NCBI GenBank assembly: GCA_965209055.1
Contig: OZ242374.1
Location: 2,176,001-2,240,000 of the forward strand
Length of the DNA: 64,000 nucleotides
Direction of reading: 5' to 3'
Source of the DNA: Acidobacteriota bacterium
Lineage (GTDB): Bacteria > Acidobacteriota > UBA6911 > RPQK01 > JAJDTT01
Shown: positions 17,365-25,942 of the stretch, piece after piece
Layout of the letters: every line of letters starts with the position of its first letter
Numbering within the stretch: position 1 is the first letter of the stretch
Notes under the pieces: model-generated
Told to the model about the DNA's origin: nothing
Database searches by the model: none
Seen by the model: only the letters and a program-made list of their open reading frames with translations
Made by a program: the position numbers and the translations under genes

Positions 17365-18816
17365 ATGTCCGTCAGCACACTCGTCAAGTCGATTCAGAAC
17401 ATCATGCGCCAGGACGTGGGCGTCGATGGCGATGCGCAGCGCATCAGCCAACTGTGCTGGATGTTCTTCCTCAAGATCATCGACGATCAAGACCAGGAGC
17501 TCGCAGTTCTCAAAGACGGATACCGTTCGCCCGTACCTGACCCTTTGCAATGGCGGAGCTGGGCCGGCGACCCGGAAGGCATCACGGGCGATGATCTGCT
17601 CGACTTCGTCAACGGCGATCTCTTTCCGAAGCTGAAGGAACTTCCGCGCAGGGCCGGCCCTCGCGCCAGCGTCGTGCGCGACGTGTTCGAGGACGCATAC
17701 AACTACATGAAGTCCGGCCAGCTGCTGCGGCAGGTCGTCAACAAGATCAACGGAATCGACTTCAACAACCTGACCGACCGGCGGCACTTCGGAGACATCT
17801 ACGAGCAAGTCTTGAACGATCTGCAATCGGCCGGCAATGCGGGCGAATACTACACGCCACGCGCCGTGACCTCGTTCATGGCCCAAATGATCGACCCGAA
17901 GCCGGGCGAGACCCTGCTCGATCCGGCGTGCGGCACGGGCGGGTTCCTCACCTGCGCCGTCCGGCACATGCGCGAACGGTACGTGAAGCGGCCGGCGGAC
18001 GAGGCGAGAATGCAAACCTCCCTTCGGGCGGTAGAGAAGAAGCCGCTTCCCCACATGCTTGCTGTCACGAACATGCTCCTGCACAGCATCGAGGATCCGT
18101 CCTTCCTGAGCCACGACAACACGCTGGCGCGCCCCTACATCTCCTGGGGCCGGGACGAGCGCGTGGACATCGTGCTGACCAATCCGCCGTTCGGCGGCAA
18201 GGAGGAGGACGGCATCGAGTCGAACTTCCCGAAGCACTTCCAGACGCGCGAGACGGCGGACCTGTTTCTCGCCCTGATCATCCGACTTCTGAAACTCGGC
18301 GGCAGGGCTGCCGTGGTCCTTCCTGACGGCTCCTTGTTCGGCGAGGGTGTCAAGACACGGCTCAAAGAGCACCTGATGAGGGAATGCAACCTTCACACCA
18401 TCGTGCGCCTGCCGAACTCGGTGTTCCGTCCCTACGCTTCGATCGGGACGAACTTGTTGTTCTTCGAGAAGGGAAAATCGACCAAGGACGTCTGGTTCTG
18501 GGAACATCTCGTTCCCGAAGGCCAGAAGGCCTATTCCATGACCCGGCCCATACAGCTGGAGCATCTCAAGGACTGTGCCGCTTGGTGGGGCGGGGAGGAA
18601 CGTAAGAGCCGCGAGGAAGGTGAACGAGCTTGGAAGGTGACTGCCGAAGAGATCACGGCGCGCGGCTACAACCTCGACATCAAGAATCCTCACACCGAAG
18701 AAGATGACCTTGGCGATCCCGAGACGCTTCTGGAGGAGCTGACGCGTGCCGAGACCGAGGTGATATCAGTACGAAACCAGTTGAAAGGAATCCTGACAGA
18801 GGCGCTGTTGCGGTGA
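17365..18816 (+). CDS. hsdM: Type I R-M N6-adenine methyltransferase subunit
   Basis: GEYYTPR, DPACGTGGF (motif I) and NPPF (motif IV). Confidence 0.97.
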   Translation: MSVSTLVKSIQNIMRQDVGVDGDAQRISQLCWMFFLKIIDDQDQELAVLKDGYRSPVPDPLQWRSWAGDPEGITGDDLLDFVNGDLFPKLKELPRRAGPRASVVRDVFEDAYNYMKSGQLLRQVVNKINGIDFNNLTDRRHFGDIYEQVLNDLQSAGNAGEYYTPRAVTSFMAQMIDPKPGETLLDPACGTGGFLTCAVRHMRERYVKRPADEARMQTSLRAVEKKPLPHMLAVTNMLLHSIEDPSFLSHDNTLARPYISWGRDERVDIVLTNPPFGGKEEDGIESNFPKHFQTRETADLFLALIIRLLKLGGRAAVVLPDGSLFGEGVKTRLKEHLMRECNLHTIVRLPNSVFRPYASIGTNLLFFEKGKSTKDVWFWEHLVPEGQKAYSMTRPIQLEHLKDCAAWWGGEERKSREEGERAWKVTAEEITARGYNLDIKNPHTEEDDLGDPETLLEELTRAETEVISVRNQLKGILTEALLR

Positions 18817-20609
18817 ATGCCGACCGCCTTTTCGCTCTCTACGACCGTGTTGCCGAGGCCCCGGCCGCCGTTGACCGCCTGCGCCGCTTCGTGCTGGATC
18901 TCGCTGTGCGCGGCAAGCTGGTGGAGCAGGATCCGGTGGATGAACCGGCATTGGAATTGCTGAACCGGATTGATAAGGCGAAAGATCTACTGGCAGGATT
19001 CAACCGGGCTAAGAAATCACGAGCACTACCACCGATTAACCCGAGGGAGGTCCCGTTCGAGTTGCCACCAGCTTGGCAATGGGTGTATTTCGGGGACATC
19101 GTCGATTTTTCCGCAGGCCGGACGCCCCCACGGAAAGAACCATCGTATTGGAATACCGGTGATTTCCCATGGATCAGCATCGCCGACATGGCGGACGGAA
19201 AGACCCTTCGATCTACGAAGGAGACTGTAAGCACCGAGGCCCGTCTCAATGTCTTTAAGCGTGAGCCGGAGCCACCCGGCACAATGATCATGAGCTTTAA
19301 GCTCACAATTGGAAAGATCGCCAAGCTGGGCATCCCCGCGTTTCATAACGAGGCAATTATTTCCATTCGGCCACATGTCGGTGAGCTAAACTCCTACCTA
19401 TTCAAGGTTCTACCTGATCTTGCACGGGGCGCCAATACCAAAGGAGCAATCAAGGGCGCAACGCTTAACCGCAAGTCACTTTCGACCATAATGGTCCCGC
19501 TCCCACCCCTAGCTGAGCAGCGGCGCATCGTTGCGAAGGTCGATGAACTCATGGCGGTTTGCGACCGGTTGGAGGAAACACGCACAGCGCGGGAGGAAAC
19601 CCGCGATCGGCTGACCAAGGCCAGCCTGACTCGTCTGATCGAACCCGACATCGACGCGCCGACGTTTCGTTCTCACGCGCACTTTGCTGTTGATGCCCTG
19701 CCAGCGCTGACTGCCCGCGCCGATCAGATCAAGCATCTGCGTCAGACGATTCTCAACCTCGCCGTGCGGGGGAAGCTCGTGGAGCAGGATCCGTCGGATG
19801 AACCGGCGTCAGAACTGATCAAGCGGATCGATGCCGAAAAGCGACGGCTAGTAAAGGCGGGCGTGATTAGGAAGCCGAAACCACTCCCGTCTCTCGAAGG
19901 CACCGAAACCCCGTTCGATCTCCCAGAAGGATGGGCATGGACTCGGCTCGGCCACCTTAGTCAGTTCGTGACCAGCGGTTCTCGCGGTTGGGCTAAGCAC
20001 TATTCCGACCAAGGCGCGATCTTTGTTCGGATGGGGAATCTGTCCAAGGACCACTATCGCCTCCGCCTCGATCAAATCCAGCGGGTGAAGCCGCCGCTGG
20101 GTGGCGAGGGCACTCGAACCCGCTTGAAGGGTGGCGATATCCTCATCTCGATAACGGGCAACGTGGGGATGCTTGGGCTGATTCCAAAGGGGTTTGGTGA
20201 AGCGTACATTAACCAGCACACGGCTATGGTGCGCCCTATGCCCGAGATGAAGGGCCGCTACCTTGCGGAACTGTTCCGTTCGCCGTTCGCGCAGAAACAG
20301 TTCAACAAACCCCAGCGGGGCATCAAGAACAGCTTTCGGTTGACGGATGTGACCCAGCTCTCGATCCCCCTCCCGCCCCTCGCTGAGCAGCGCCGCATCG
20401 TTGCCAAGGTCGATGAACTCATGGCCCTCTGCGGTCGTATGGAGACCGGTCTCGCTGCCACAGATGGCACCCGTACTCGCCTTCTCGATTCCCTTCTACA
20501 TGACGCGCTGGCCTCCGCCGCGTACGAAACCGCGAAGACTACGAGGCCTGAAGCACGAAGTACTTGGCCCGAGAGGGCACGGAGCGGGGGTGTCCCATCA
20601 AGGAGTTAG
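18813..20609 (+). CDS. hsdS: Type I R-M specificity subunit
   Basis: Two variable TRDs, each preceded by LAVRGKLVEQDP..PF(E/D)LP..W and followed by PLPPLAEQRRIVAKVDELMA; GTG start overlaps the hsdM stop. Confidence 0.95.
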   Translation: MNADRLFALYDRVAEAPAAVDRLRRFVLDLAVRGKLVEQDPVDEPALELLNRIDKAKDLLAGFNRAKKSRALPPINPREVPFELPPAWQWVYFGDIVDFSAGRTPPRKEPSYWNTGDFPWISIADMADGKTLRSTKETVSTEARLNVFKREPEPPGTMIMSFKLTIGKIAKLGIPAFHNEAIISIRPHVGELNSYLFKVLPDLARGANTKGAIKGATLNRKSLSTIMVPLPPLAEQRRIVAKVDELMAVCDRLEETRTAREETRDRLTKASLTRLIEPDIDAPTFRSHAHFAVDALPALTARADQIKHLRQTILNLAVRGKLVEQDPSDEPASELIKRIDAEKRRLVKAGVIRKPKPLPSLEGTETPFDLPEGWAWTRLGHLSQFVTSGSRGWAKHYSDQGAIFVRMGNLSKDHYRLRLDQIQRVKPPLGGEGTRTRLKGGDILISITGNVGMLGLIPKGFGEAYINQHTAMVRPMPEMKGRYLAELFRSPFAQKQFNKPQRGIKNSFRLTDVTQLSIPLPPLAEQRRIVAKVDELMALCGRMETGLAATDGTRTRLLDSLLHDALASAAYETAKTTRPEARSTWPERARSGGVPSRS

Positions 20610-20666
20610 ACTCGCGGAGTACTCCCCACGTCCGGTCCGGCCGGATTGTTTTGCAAGGATAAGGCT

Positions 20667-21815
20667 ATGATTCGCGTTCCAGTGCCCCCTAAGATGCTTC
20701 GCTGGGCCTGCGAACGTGCCGGTTATGACGTGGCGCACCTTGCGGAACGCATGCCACAGCTTCGGGCCTGGGTCCGACGCGAGAGACAGCCGACGCTGAA
20801 GCAGTTGGAAAAGCTGGCCATAGCTACGCACACGCCCCTCGGCTACCTGTTACTCCCTGAGCCGCCGGAGGAACGCCTTCCGGTCCCGGATTATCGCACC
20901 GTGACGGGCGCTAGGCGAGACAGACCGAGCCCCGACCTGCTTGACACACTCTACACGATGCAACGCCGACAGGAGTGGCTGCGGGAGTCTCTCGTCGAGA
21001 ACGACGCGGAACCATTGGCGTTCGTTGGAAGCGCTCGTCTTGCCGATGATCCGGACGCTGTGGGTCAGGAGATGCGGCGGGCGCTCGGTCTCGATCATGG
21101 ATGGGCTGCGGGGGTCCGCACGTGGCAGGATGCCGTGAGCGAGTTGCGCCGGACGATTGAGCAGATCGGCGTGATGGCGGTGATCAACGGTGTGGTGGGG
21201 AACAACACGCATCGCCGGCTGAGCGTACAAGAGTTTCGCGGCTTCGCGCTCACCGATCCTTACGCGCCGCTGATCTTCGTGAACGGTGCGGATGCGAAGT
21301 CGGCGCAGATGTTCACGCTCGCTCACGAACTGGCTCATATCTGGCTTGGCACGGAGGGGCTCTCCGGCTTCGAGTCTCTTCTTCCAGGTGGTACGGATGT
21401 GGAGGACTGGTGCAATGTGGCGGCGGGCGAGTTCCTCGCACCGGAACGGGAACTCAGAGCGCGTTGGGGGCAAGTCAGACGGGAGGCGAGTCCCTTCCAA
21501 GAACTCGCTCGGACGTTCAAAGTGAGCCCTGTAGTTGCCGCACGCCGAACCTTCGACCTGAATCTCGTCGACCGCAACACCTTCTTCGATTTCTACAAGC
21601 TCTACGTCAATCGAGAACACAAGGCCGGCACGAAGTCGAGTGGGGGCGATTTCTACAACAACCAGAACACTCGTGTTGGCGAGTTCTTTGGGACCCAGGT
21701 GCTGCGCGCAGCGATGGAGGGCCGTATCGGTTTCAAGGAAGCCTATGACCTGACAGGACTGCGTGGGGGAACCTTTCAGAAGTACGCCAAGCGGCTGGGC
21801 GTGGATCTCCCATGA
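20667..21815 (+). CDS. XRE-HTH plus ImmA/IrrE (COG2856) zinc metallopeptidase
   Basis: N-terminal HTH (..RQPTLKQLEKLA) and FTLAHELAH (HExxH) motif. Confidence 0.9.
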   Translation: MIRVPVPPKMLRWACERAGYDVAHLAERMPQLRAWVRRERQPTLKQLEKLAIATHTPLGYLLLPEPPEERLPVPDYRTVTGARRDRPSPDLLDTLYTMQRRQEWLRESLVENDAEPLAFVGSARLADDPDAVGQEMRRALGLDHGWAAGVRTWQDAVSELRRTIEQIGVMAVINGVVGNNTHRRLSVQEFRGFALTDPYAPLIFVNGADAKSAQMFTLAHELAHIWLGTEGLSGFESLLPGGTDVEDWCNVAAGEFLAPERELRARWGQVRREASPFQELARTFKVSPVVAARRTFDLNLVDRNTFFDFYKLYVNREHKAGTKSSGGDFYNNQNTRVGEFFGTQVLRAAMEGRIGFKEAYDLTGLRGGTFQKYAKRLGVDLP

Positions 21816-22336
21816 TGGCGGATCGGACCTATCTCGTGGATTCGGATGTCTTCATCACGGCAAAGAATCTGTATTACTCGTTCGACATCTGCCCCGGTTT
21901 CTGGAAGTGCTTGGTTCACCACCACCGGGAAGGCCGAGTCTTCAGCGTCGACAGGGTACGCAGTGAACTCCTCGCGGGTCACAGGAAGGAGGATCTGGTC
22001 CGGTGGGTGAGGGACGTAGTCCCGAAGGGTTTCTTCCTCCCAGTGGACACCGGCGTGGTCGTTCGTGCGTATATGAACATCATGATGTGGGTCCAACGCC
22101 ATCCGAGATATTTTAACCATGCGAAGGCGAAGTTCGCGACGGGCGCGGACGGCTGGTTGGTCGCATACGCTCAGGTTCACGGCGCAACCATCGTCACCAA
22201 CGAGCAGAGTGCCCCGGAGTCCAGAAAGGAGATCAAGCTGCCCGATGTATGCGATCAGTTCAAAGTGCGGCGGGACAACACGTTTTCCATGCTTCGGGCG
22301 CTGGACATCCACTTCGATTGGGTGGGTGACCGCTGA
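21812..22336 (+). CDS. DUF4411-family PIN-like protein
   Basis: YLVDSDVFITAKNLYYSFDICPGFW, ADGWLVAYA, IVTNE, KLPDVC; translationally coupled to the peptidase gene. Confidence 0.88.
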   Translation: MMADRTYLVDSDVFITAKNLYYSFDICPGFWKCLVHHHREGRVFSVDRVRSELLAGHRKEDLVRWVRDVVPKGFFLPVDTGVVVRAYMNIMMWVQRHPRYFNHAKAKFATGADGWLVAYAQVHGATIVTNEQSAPESRKEIKLPDVCDQFKVRRDNTFSMLRALDIHFDWVGDR

Positions 22337-22719
22337 GCGAGTTGTTTCATCCGTAAGTTACCTTCGATCTCTCTCGTCTCAACTACCCCCCGTCTCCGGT
22401 AGATGCCCATCGTCGGAAAGATTCACCGATCGCCGGAGATATCCGCAGTCTCTCAAATCCTGACCCGATAATGGAGATTATGACCAGTGCGTACGCTTCT
22501 CCTGGATCGTACCTCAAGTATGCGAAGACTACCCCCTAAAATGGGGCCGACGGGAAGCGTGATGATGAAGGTGTACACAAGAGCGCGCCAGTGGAACAGC
22601 CAGAAAATCCGCACGCCTTACTCCAGGTGATTCCTCTCCAAAGTTTCCGCATTGTGACTTGGAGCCGTGGTACGATTCGCCCCACGGCGAAGAACCCGGA
22701 TCCGGAAAGGAGGAGATGC

Positions 22720-23805
22720 ATGGGCATCTATAAGGTGAAGGATCGCCGGGGGAGACGACGTTTCGTCGTCAGCAAGTACTGGCCGCACGGATCCGGTCGG
22801 CTTCGAATGTACGCCCCCAATTACCGAAGCGCACAGGCGCTTCAAACACGAATCGAGTCCAGCATCCTGGACGGCACATGGAAGCAACTCAAGCGGGAAC
22901 TCGCCGGTGGGAAACGCACCATCTGGACGGTCCGGAGCTTCTACGAGCGTTTTTTCGAGGAGTATTGCAAACCTCGTCTGCGCTGCTTGCGCCGCTACGC
23001 GCTCTCTTTCAATAGCCTCAACACCATGCTGGGGAACATTCCCCTGAAGGAGTTCCGACGCAAAGACCTGCACCGCTACGTCGCCAAGAGAAAGAAGCAA
23101 GTGCAGCCGGCCACGGTGAACCGCGACATTGCCGCCATCAGCAAGCTGTTTTCCTACGCGCTGGAGTGCGGGGAAGTGGACACGCACCCGCTGGTGAGAT
23201 TCCCCAAACTGAAGGAGCCCAAGAAGGTGTTCCGGCCTTTGACGGTTCAACAGTTCCGCGACCTGGTCGAGGCGGTGGACAACCCCTACCTGCAAGCTAT
23301 GGTTGCGGTGATCGGCGAGACGGGGATACGGAAAGGCGAAGCGTTGTCGCTCACCTGGAGCCGGGTGGACCTGAGTCGGCGGATGTTGTGGGTGGAGTTC
23401 ACCAAGGACGACGAGCCGAGGGAGATCCCGCTCTCGAAGTACGCCACGGGATATCTGGCCGGACTGGTTCGTTACCTGAACACTCCGTACGTCTTTGTCA
23501 ACAGCCGGACCGGAACAAGATGGGTGAATCCCGACAAGTCTCTACGTCGCGCGGCCGAGAGGGTGGGGTTGAAGGTCGGATTTCACGACCTGCGGCGATT
23601 CCGGTGCAGCCACTGGCTGATGCAGGGTGTGGACGTGAGGACGGTGCAGAAGCTGATGGGACACTCATCCATCAGCACGACGATGCGCTACGCGGGGTAC
23701 GTCAGTTCGCATGCGCTCGCAAGCATTCGAGAGGCACAGGCTACCGAAGACTCACAAACGCAACCGGCAACAAACAGGCAACGGGTCGGAAACAAGGGAC
23801 AATGA
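22720..23805 (+). CDS. Tyrosine recombinase/integrase
   Basis: AGGAGG RBS; catalytic R (TGIRKGE), K, HxxR (FHDLRR), H (LMGH) and Y (TMRY); basic N-terminal arm-binding-like region. Confidence 0.95.
   Translation: MGIYKVKDRRGRRRFVVSKYWPHGSGRLRMYAPNYRSAQALQTRIESSILDGTWKQLKRELAGGKRTIWTVRSFYERFFEEYCKPRLRCLRRYALSFNSLNTMLGNIPLKEFRRKDLHRYVAKRKKQVQPATVNRDIAAISKLFSYALECGEVDTHPLVRFPKLKEPKKVFRPLTVQQFRDLVEAVDNPYLQAMVAVIGETGIRKGEALSLTWSRVDLSRRMLWVEFTKDDEPREIPLSKYATGYLAGLVRYLNTPYVFVNSRTGTRWVNPDKSLRRAAERVGLKVGFHDLRRFRCSHWLMQGVDVRTVQKLMGHSSISTTMRYAGYVSSHALASIREAQATEDSQTQPATNRQRVGNKGQ
23766..23780 (+). repeat. Putative integrase arm-type binding site (right)
   Basis: GGCAACAAACAGGCA, identical to 10816-10830, inside the integrase 3' end. 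Confidence 0.7.
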
Positions 23806-23868
23806 TTAGAAGAAAAACTGGGATAAAGGGTTGAGAAGAAAGGATTATTCTTTTAGATCAGTTAGACA

Positions 23869-23893
23869 GAGCAGCGGATTTCCTACCCCCACT
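23869..23893 (+). mobile_element. Putative attR (core GGATTTCCTA at 23876-23885)
   Basis: GAGCAGCGGATTTCCTACCCCCACT; 21/25 identical to attL; core lies 70 bp after the integrase stop. Confidence 0.7.
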
Positions 23894-23962
23894 TCCGGTC
23901 CTCCATTTCCACATGCTCATTCCGCCGGGTGTTCGCTGACTCGCCGCCTGGAAAGCGGAATT

Positions 23963-23996
23963 TGTGTAGATCACTGTGTAATATAGTGTGTAGAGT
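23963..23996 (+). promoter_or_regulatory. vapBC promoter/operator
   Basis: TGTGTA three times at an exact 12-bp period (23963, 23975, 23987), overlapping TATAGT/TAGAGT -10-like hexamers just before the vapB ATG. Confidence 0.55.
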
Positions 23997-24004
23997 GTGA
24001 CACG

Positions 24005-24205
24005 ATGGCAACGAACCTTGGAATAGATCCGGATCTGCTCGAACAAGCCTTGGCGGTCAGTGGCGAAAAGACCAAGAAGGCCACCGTCAACCGCGCCTTG
24101 CGGGAATTCATTGCCCGCCGTAGTCAGGAACGACTGCTCGGTCTGTTCGGCACACTGGATTGGAACGACGACTACAACTACAAGCGCGAGCGTTCCCGTC
24201 AGTGA
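24005..24205 (+). CDS. vapB: VapB-family antitoxin
   Basis: MATNLGIDPDLLEQAL..KTKKATVNRALREFI (RHH-type); overlaps the PIN gene. Confidence 0.9.
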   Translation: MATNLGIDPDLLEQALAVSGEKTKKATVNRALREFIARRSQERLLGLFGTLDWNDDYNYKRERSRQ

Positions 24206-24606
24206 ACCTGTTCGTGGATACGAGTGTCTGGTCTCTTGCACTCAGGCGTGATTCACCGCCGGAGGTTTCCGAGGTGCGGCGCCTCCGGAAAGCTCTCGTC
24301 GGGGGCACGGTTTACACGACTGGACTAGTGCTTCAGGAATTGTTGCAGGGTTTCCACGGTCCGCGCGCCCGGACACAGCTCATCGAGCGCTTCTCGGACA
24401 TGGCCATGATCGTGCCGACGCGCGGCGATCACATCTCCGCGGCCCGCCTGCGCAACGAATGCCGTCGCCGCGGAATACAGGTGGGAACCATCGATGCGTT
24501 GCTCGCCCAGCTCTGCATCAGCCACAAGCTCGTCATGTTGTCGACTGACCGGGATTTCAGTCATATCGCAACCTGCACGACACTTCGGCTGTGGGGGGCG
24601 AACTAA
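24202..24606 (+). CDS. vapC: VapC PIN-domain toxin
   Basis: GTGA overlap; VDTSVW, QELLQG, IDALLA, TDRDF acidic PIN motifs. Confidence 0.92.
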   Translation: MNLFVDTSVWSLALRRDSPPEVSEVRRLRKALVGGTVYTTGLVLQELLQGFHGPRARTQLIERFSDMAMIVPTRGDHISAARLRNECRRRGIQVGTIDALLAQLCISHKLVMLSTDRDFSHIATCTTLRLWGAN

Positions 24607-24698
24607 CGAACCGCAGAGGTGACTCGCTCGTCGCCTGTTTCTTGTTCTCCTGGCACTCCATGCACCCATTTCGTTTTGTGATGGGTTGCTCGGGAGTG

Positions 24699-24783
24699 CG
24701 GCGGCAAGAAGGTCGCCGTTGCCCCAGTTTCGTTCCGGATTCCCCCAGACTCCCCCGGCAGGGAAATTCCCCACTCCTCCTAC
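24699..24783 (-). repeat. Pair of degenerate REP-like palindromes in inverted orientation
   Basis: Minus strand reads GTAGGAGGAGTGGGGAATTTCCCTGCCGGG and GGCAACGGCGACCTTCTTGCCGCCG; GTAGGAGG mirrors 10643-10650. Confidence 0.55.
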
Positions 24784-24833
24784 TCAAGATCTCCGTGGGA
24801 GACGCCGACCTCTACTCCCTTCGTTTCCAGTGA
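24783..24833 (+). repeat. Right copy of the 51-bp repeat: orphan gene 3' end (LKISVGDADLYSLRFQ*)
   Basis: 44/51 identical to 10596-10646; reading frame and stop position are preserved. Confidence 0.9.
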
Positions 24834-24963
24834 ACGGGAGCGATTGGCGGAAGGGCGCTGAACCGGCCAGTGGTGCGGGTATCCCGATCGCCAGCCAAGT
24901 GGCGGCGACTGCGCTGTGTACGGTGGCGTCGCAGGTGGCCCGCCGATGGGGCGGCCCGATCCG

Positions 24964-25917
24964 TCAAGTCCGCTCCCTGCGAATCCTCGCCATCAGTTCG
25001 AACGGATTGCCGGGTTGCACGGTCGAACCGAACTCCCGATACAGGGTCGCGACGTTGACGACGATCCGCTCCGCATCGCCCCACGATTCGAAGTCGGCGA
25101 GCGAGATGTCCATCGCCGCATCGTAGACGCTCAGACCGGCGTCGAAGCGGGCCTTGGCCTCGTCTCTCACATACACCAGGTAGTCCCGCACGGCTGCGAC
25201 GCCCCGCTTGCCGGTGATCGGACCGTGGCCGGGAACAACAGTCTCAACGGGCAACCCAAGTATGTGGTCGCAGGCCGCGATCCAGTTTTCGGCTGGTCCT
25301 GTCCAGAGGATCGGGTGTCCCTCGATGAACAGGATATCGCCGGTGAAGATCAGCTTGTCGTAGGGTACGTAAACCAGGACATCGCCCGTTGTGTGGCACG
25401 GCCCGACCTCCTTCAGGACGACACGCTTGTCGCCCACGCGCGTGGAGTAGTCGCCCTCGAACGTGGTGGTCGGGAGCGTCTGCGTGATGCCGTCGAAGTC
25501 GAATTCTCCGAACGCTTCCATGAGGAACTGGCCCGTCTCGCCCATGCCGGGGGCCTGGCGCATGAGCGCGGCGAGCCGGTCCGGGCTCTCGGAGGCCATC
25601 TCCTCGGCTGCTGCCCTGGAGGCGATGATCTCCGCCTCGGCCACCAACTCGTTGCCGTTGCAGTGGTCGGGGTTGGCGTGAGTATTGACCAGCTTGTCGA
25701 ACCGGCGCGTGGCCACGGGTTCCGCGCTGCGCATACCGGCCAGCATCGCGCGAGTCAGATCGAGGTCGAACAGCGTGTCCACCAGCAGGCTCCGGTCGCC
25801 GTCGACGACGAGCCCCGCATTGCTCCAGCCCCAGCCGCCATCCGGCTGGATCCACGCGTAGCATCCCGTCCCGACGTCGTGAAGACCGTAACTGAAGGGT
25901 CTGATCCCCAGCGTCAT
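24964..25917 (-). CDS. MBL-fold metallo-hydrolase (cyclase-like)
   Basis: WGWSNAG, LVDT, THANPDH, PCHT, FTGD and VVPGHG motifs. Confidence 0.9.
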   Translation of the reverse strand: MTLGIRPFSYGLHDVGTGCYAWIQPDGGWGWSNAGLVVDGDRSLLVDTLFDLDLTRAMLAGMRSAEPVATRRFDKLVNTHANPDHCNGNELVAEAEIIASRAAAEEMASESPDRLAALMRQAPGMGETGQFLMEAFGEFDFDGITQTLPTTTFEGDYSTRVGDKRVVLKEVGPCHTTGDVLVYVPYDKLIFTGDILFIEGHPILWTGPAENWIAACDHILGLPVETVVPGHGPITGKRGVAAVRDYLVYVRDEAKARFDAGLSVYDAAMDISLADFESWGDAERIVVNVATLYREFGSTVQPGNPFELMARIRRERT

Positions 25918-25942
25918 GTCTCAATTGTGGGAAATAACCGGG

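Larger units (their letters stand above)
10694..23885. mobile_element. ~13.2-kb tyrosine-integrase defence island
   Basis: Terminal integrase, direct-repeat core at both ends, repeated arm-like sites inside both ends, lower GC, and R-M/TA cargo with gene fragments. Confidence 0.8.

Noticed and set aside
22720-23805. Integron integrase or prophage
   Set aside because: No IntI-specific insertion, no attC cassette array, and no phage structural or replication genes.
24783-24833. 51-bp repeat as a DGR template/variable pair, or as the integrase's own att
   Set aside because: The mismatches are not adenine-restricted and no RT is present. The arm sites and the core next to the integrase favour the inner boundaries, although the att alternative is not fully excluded.
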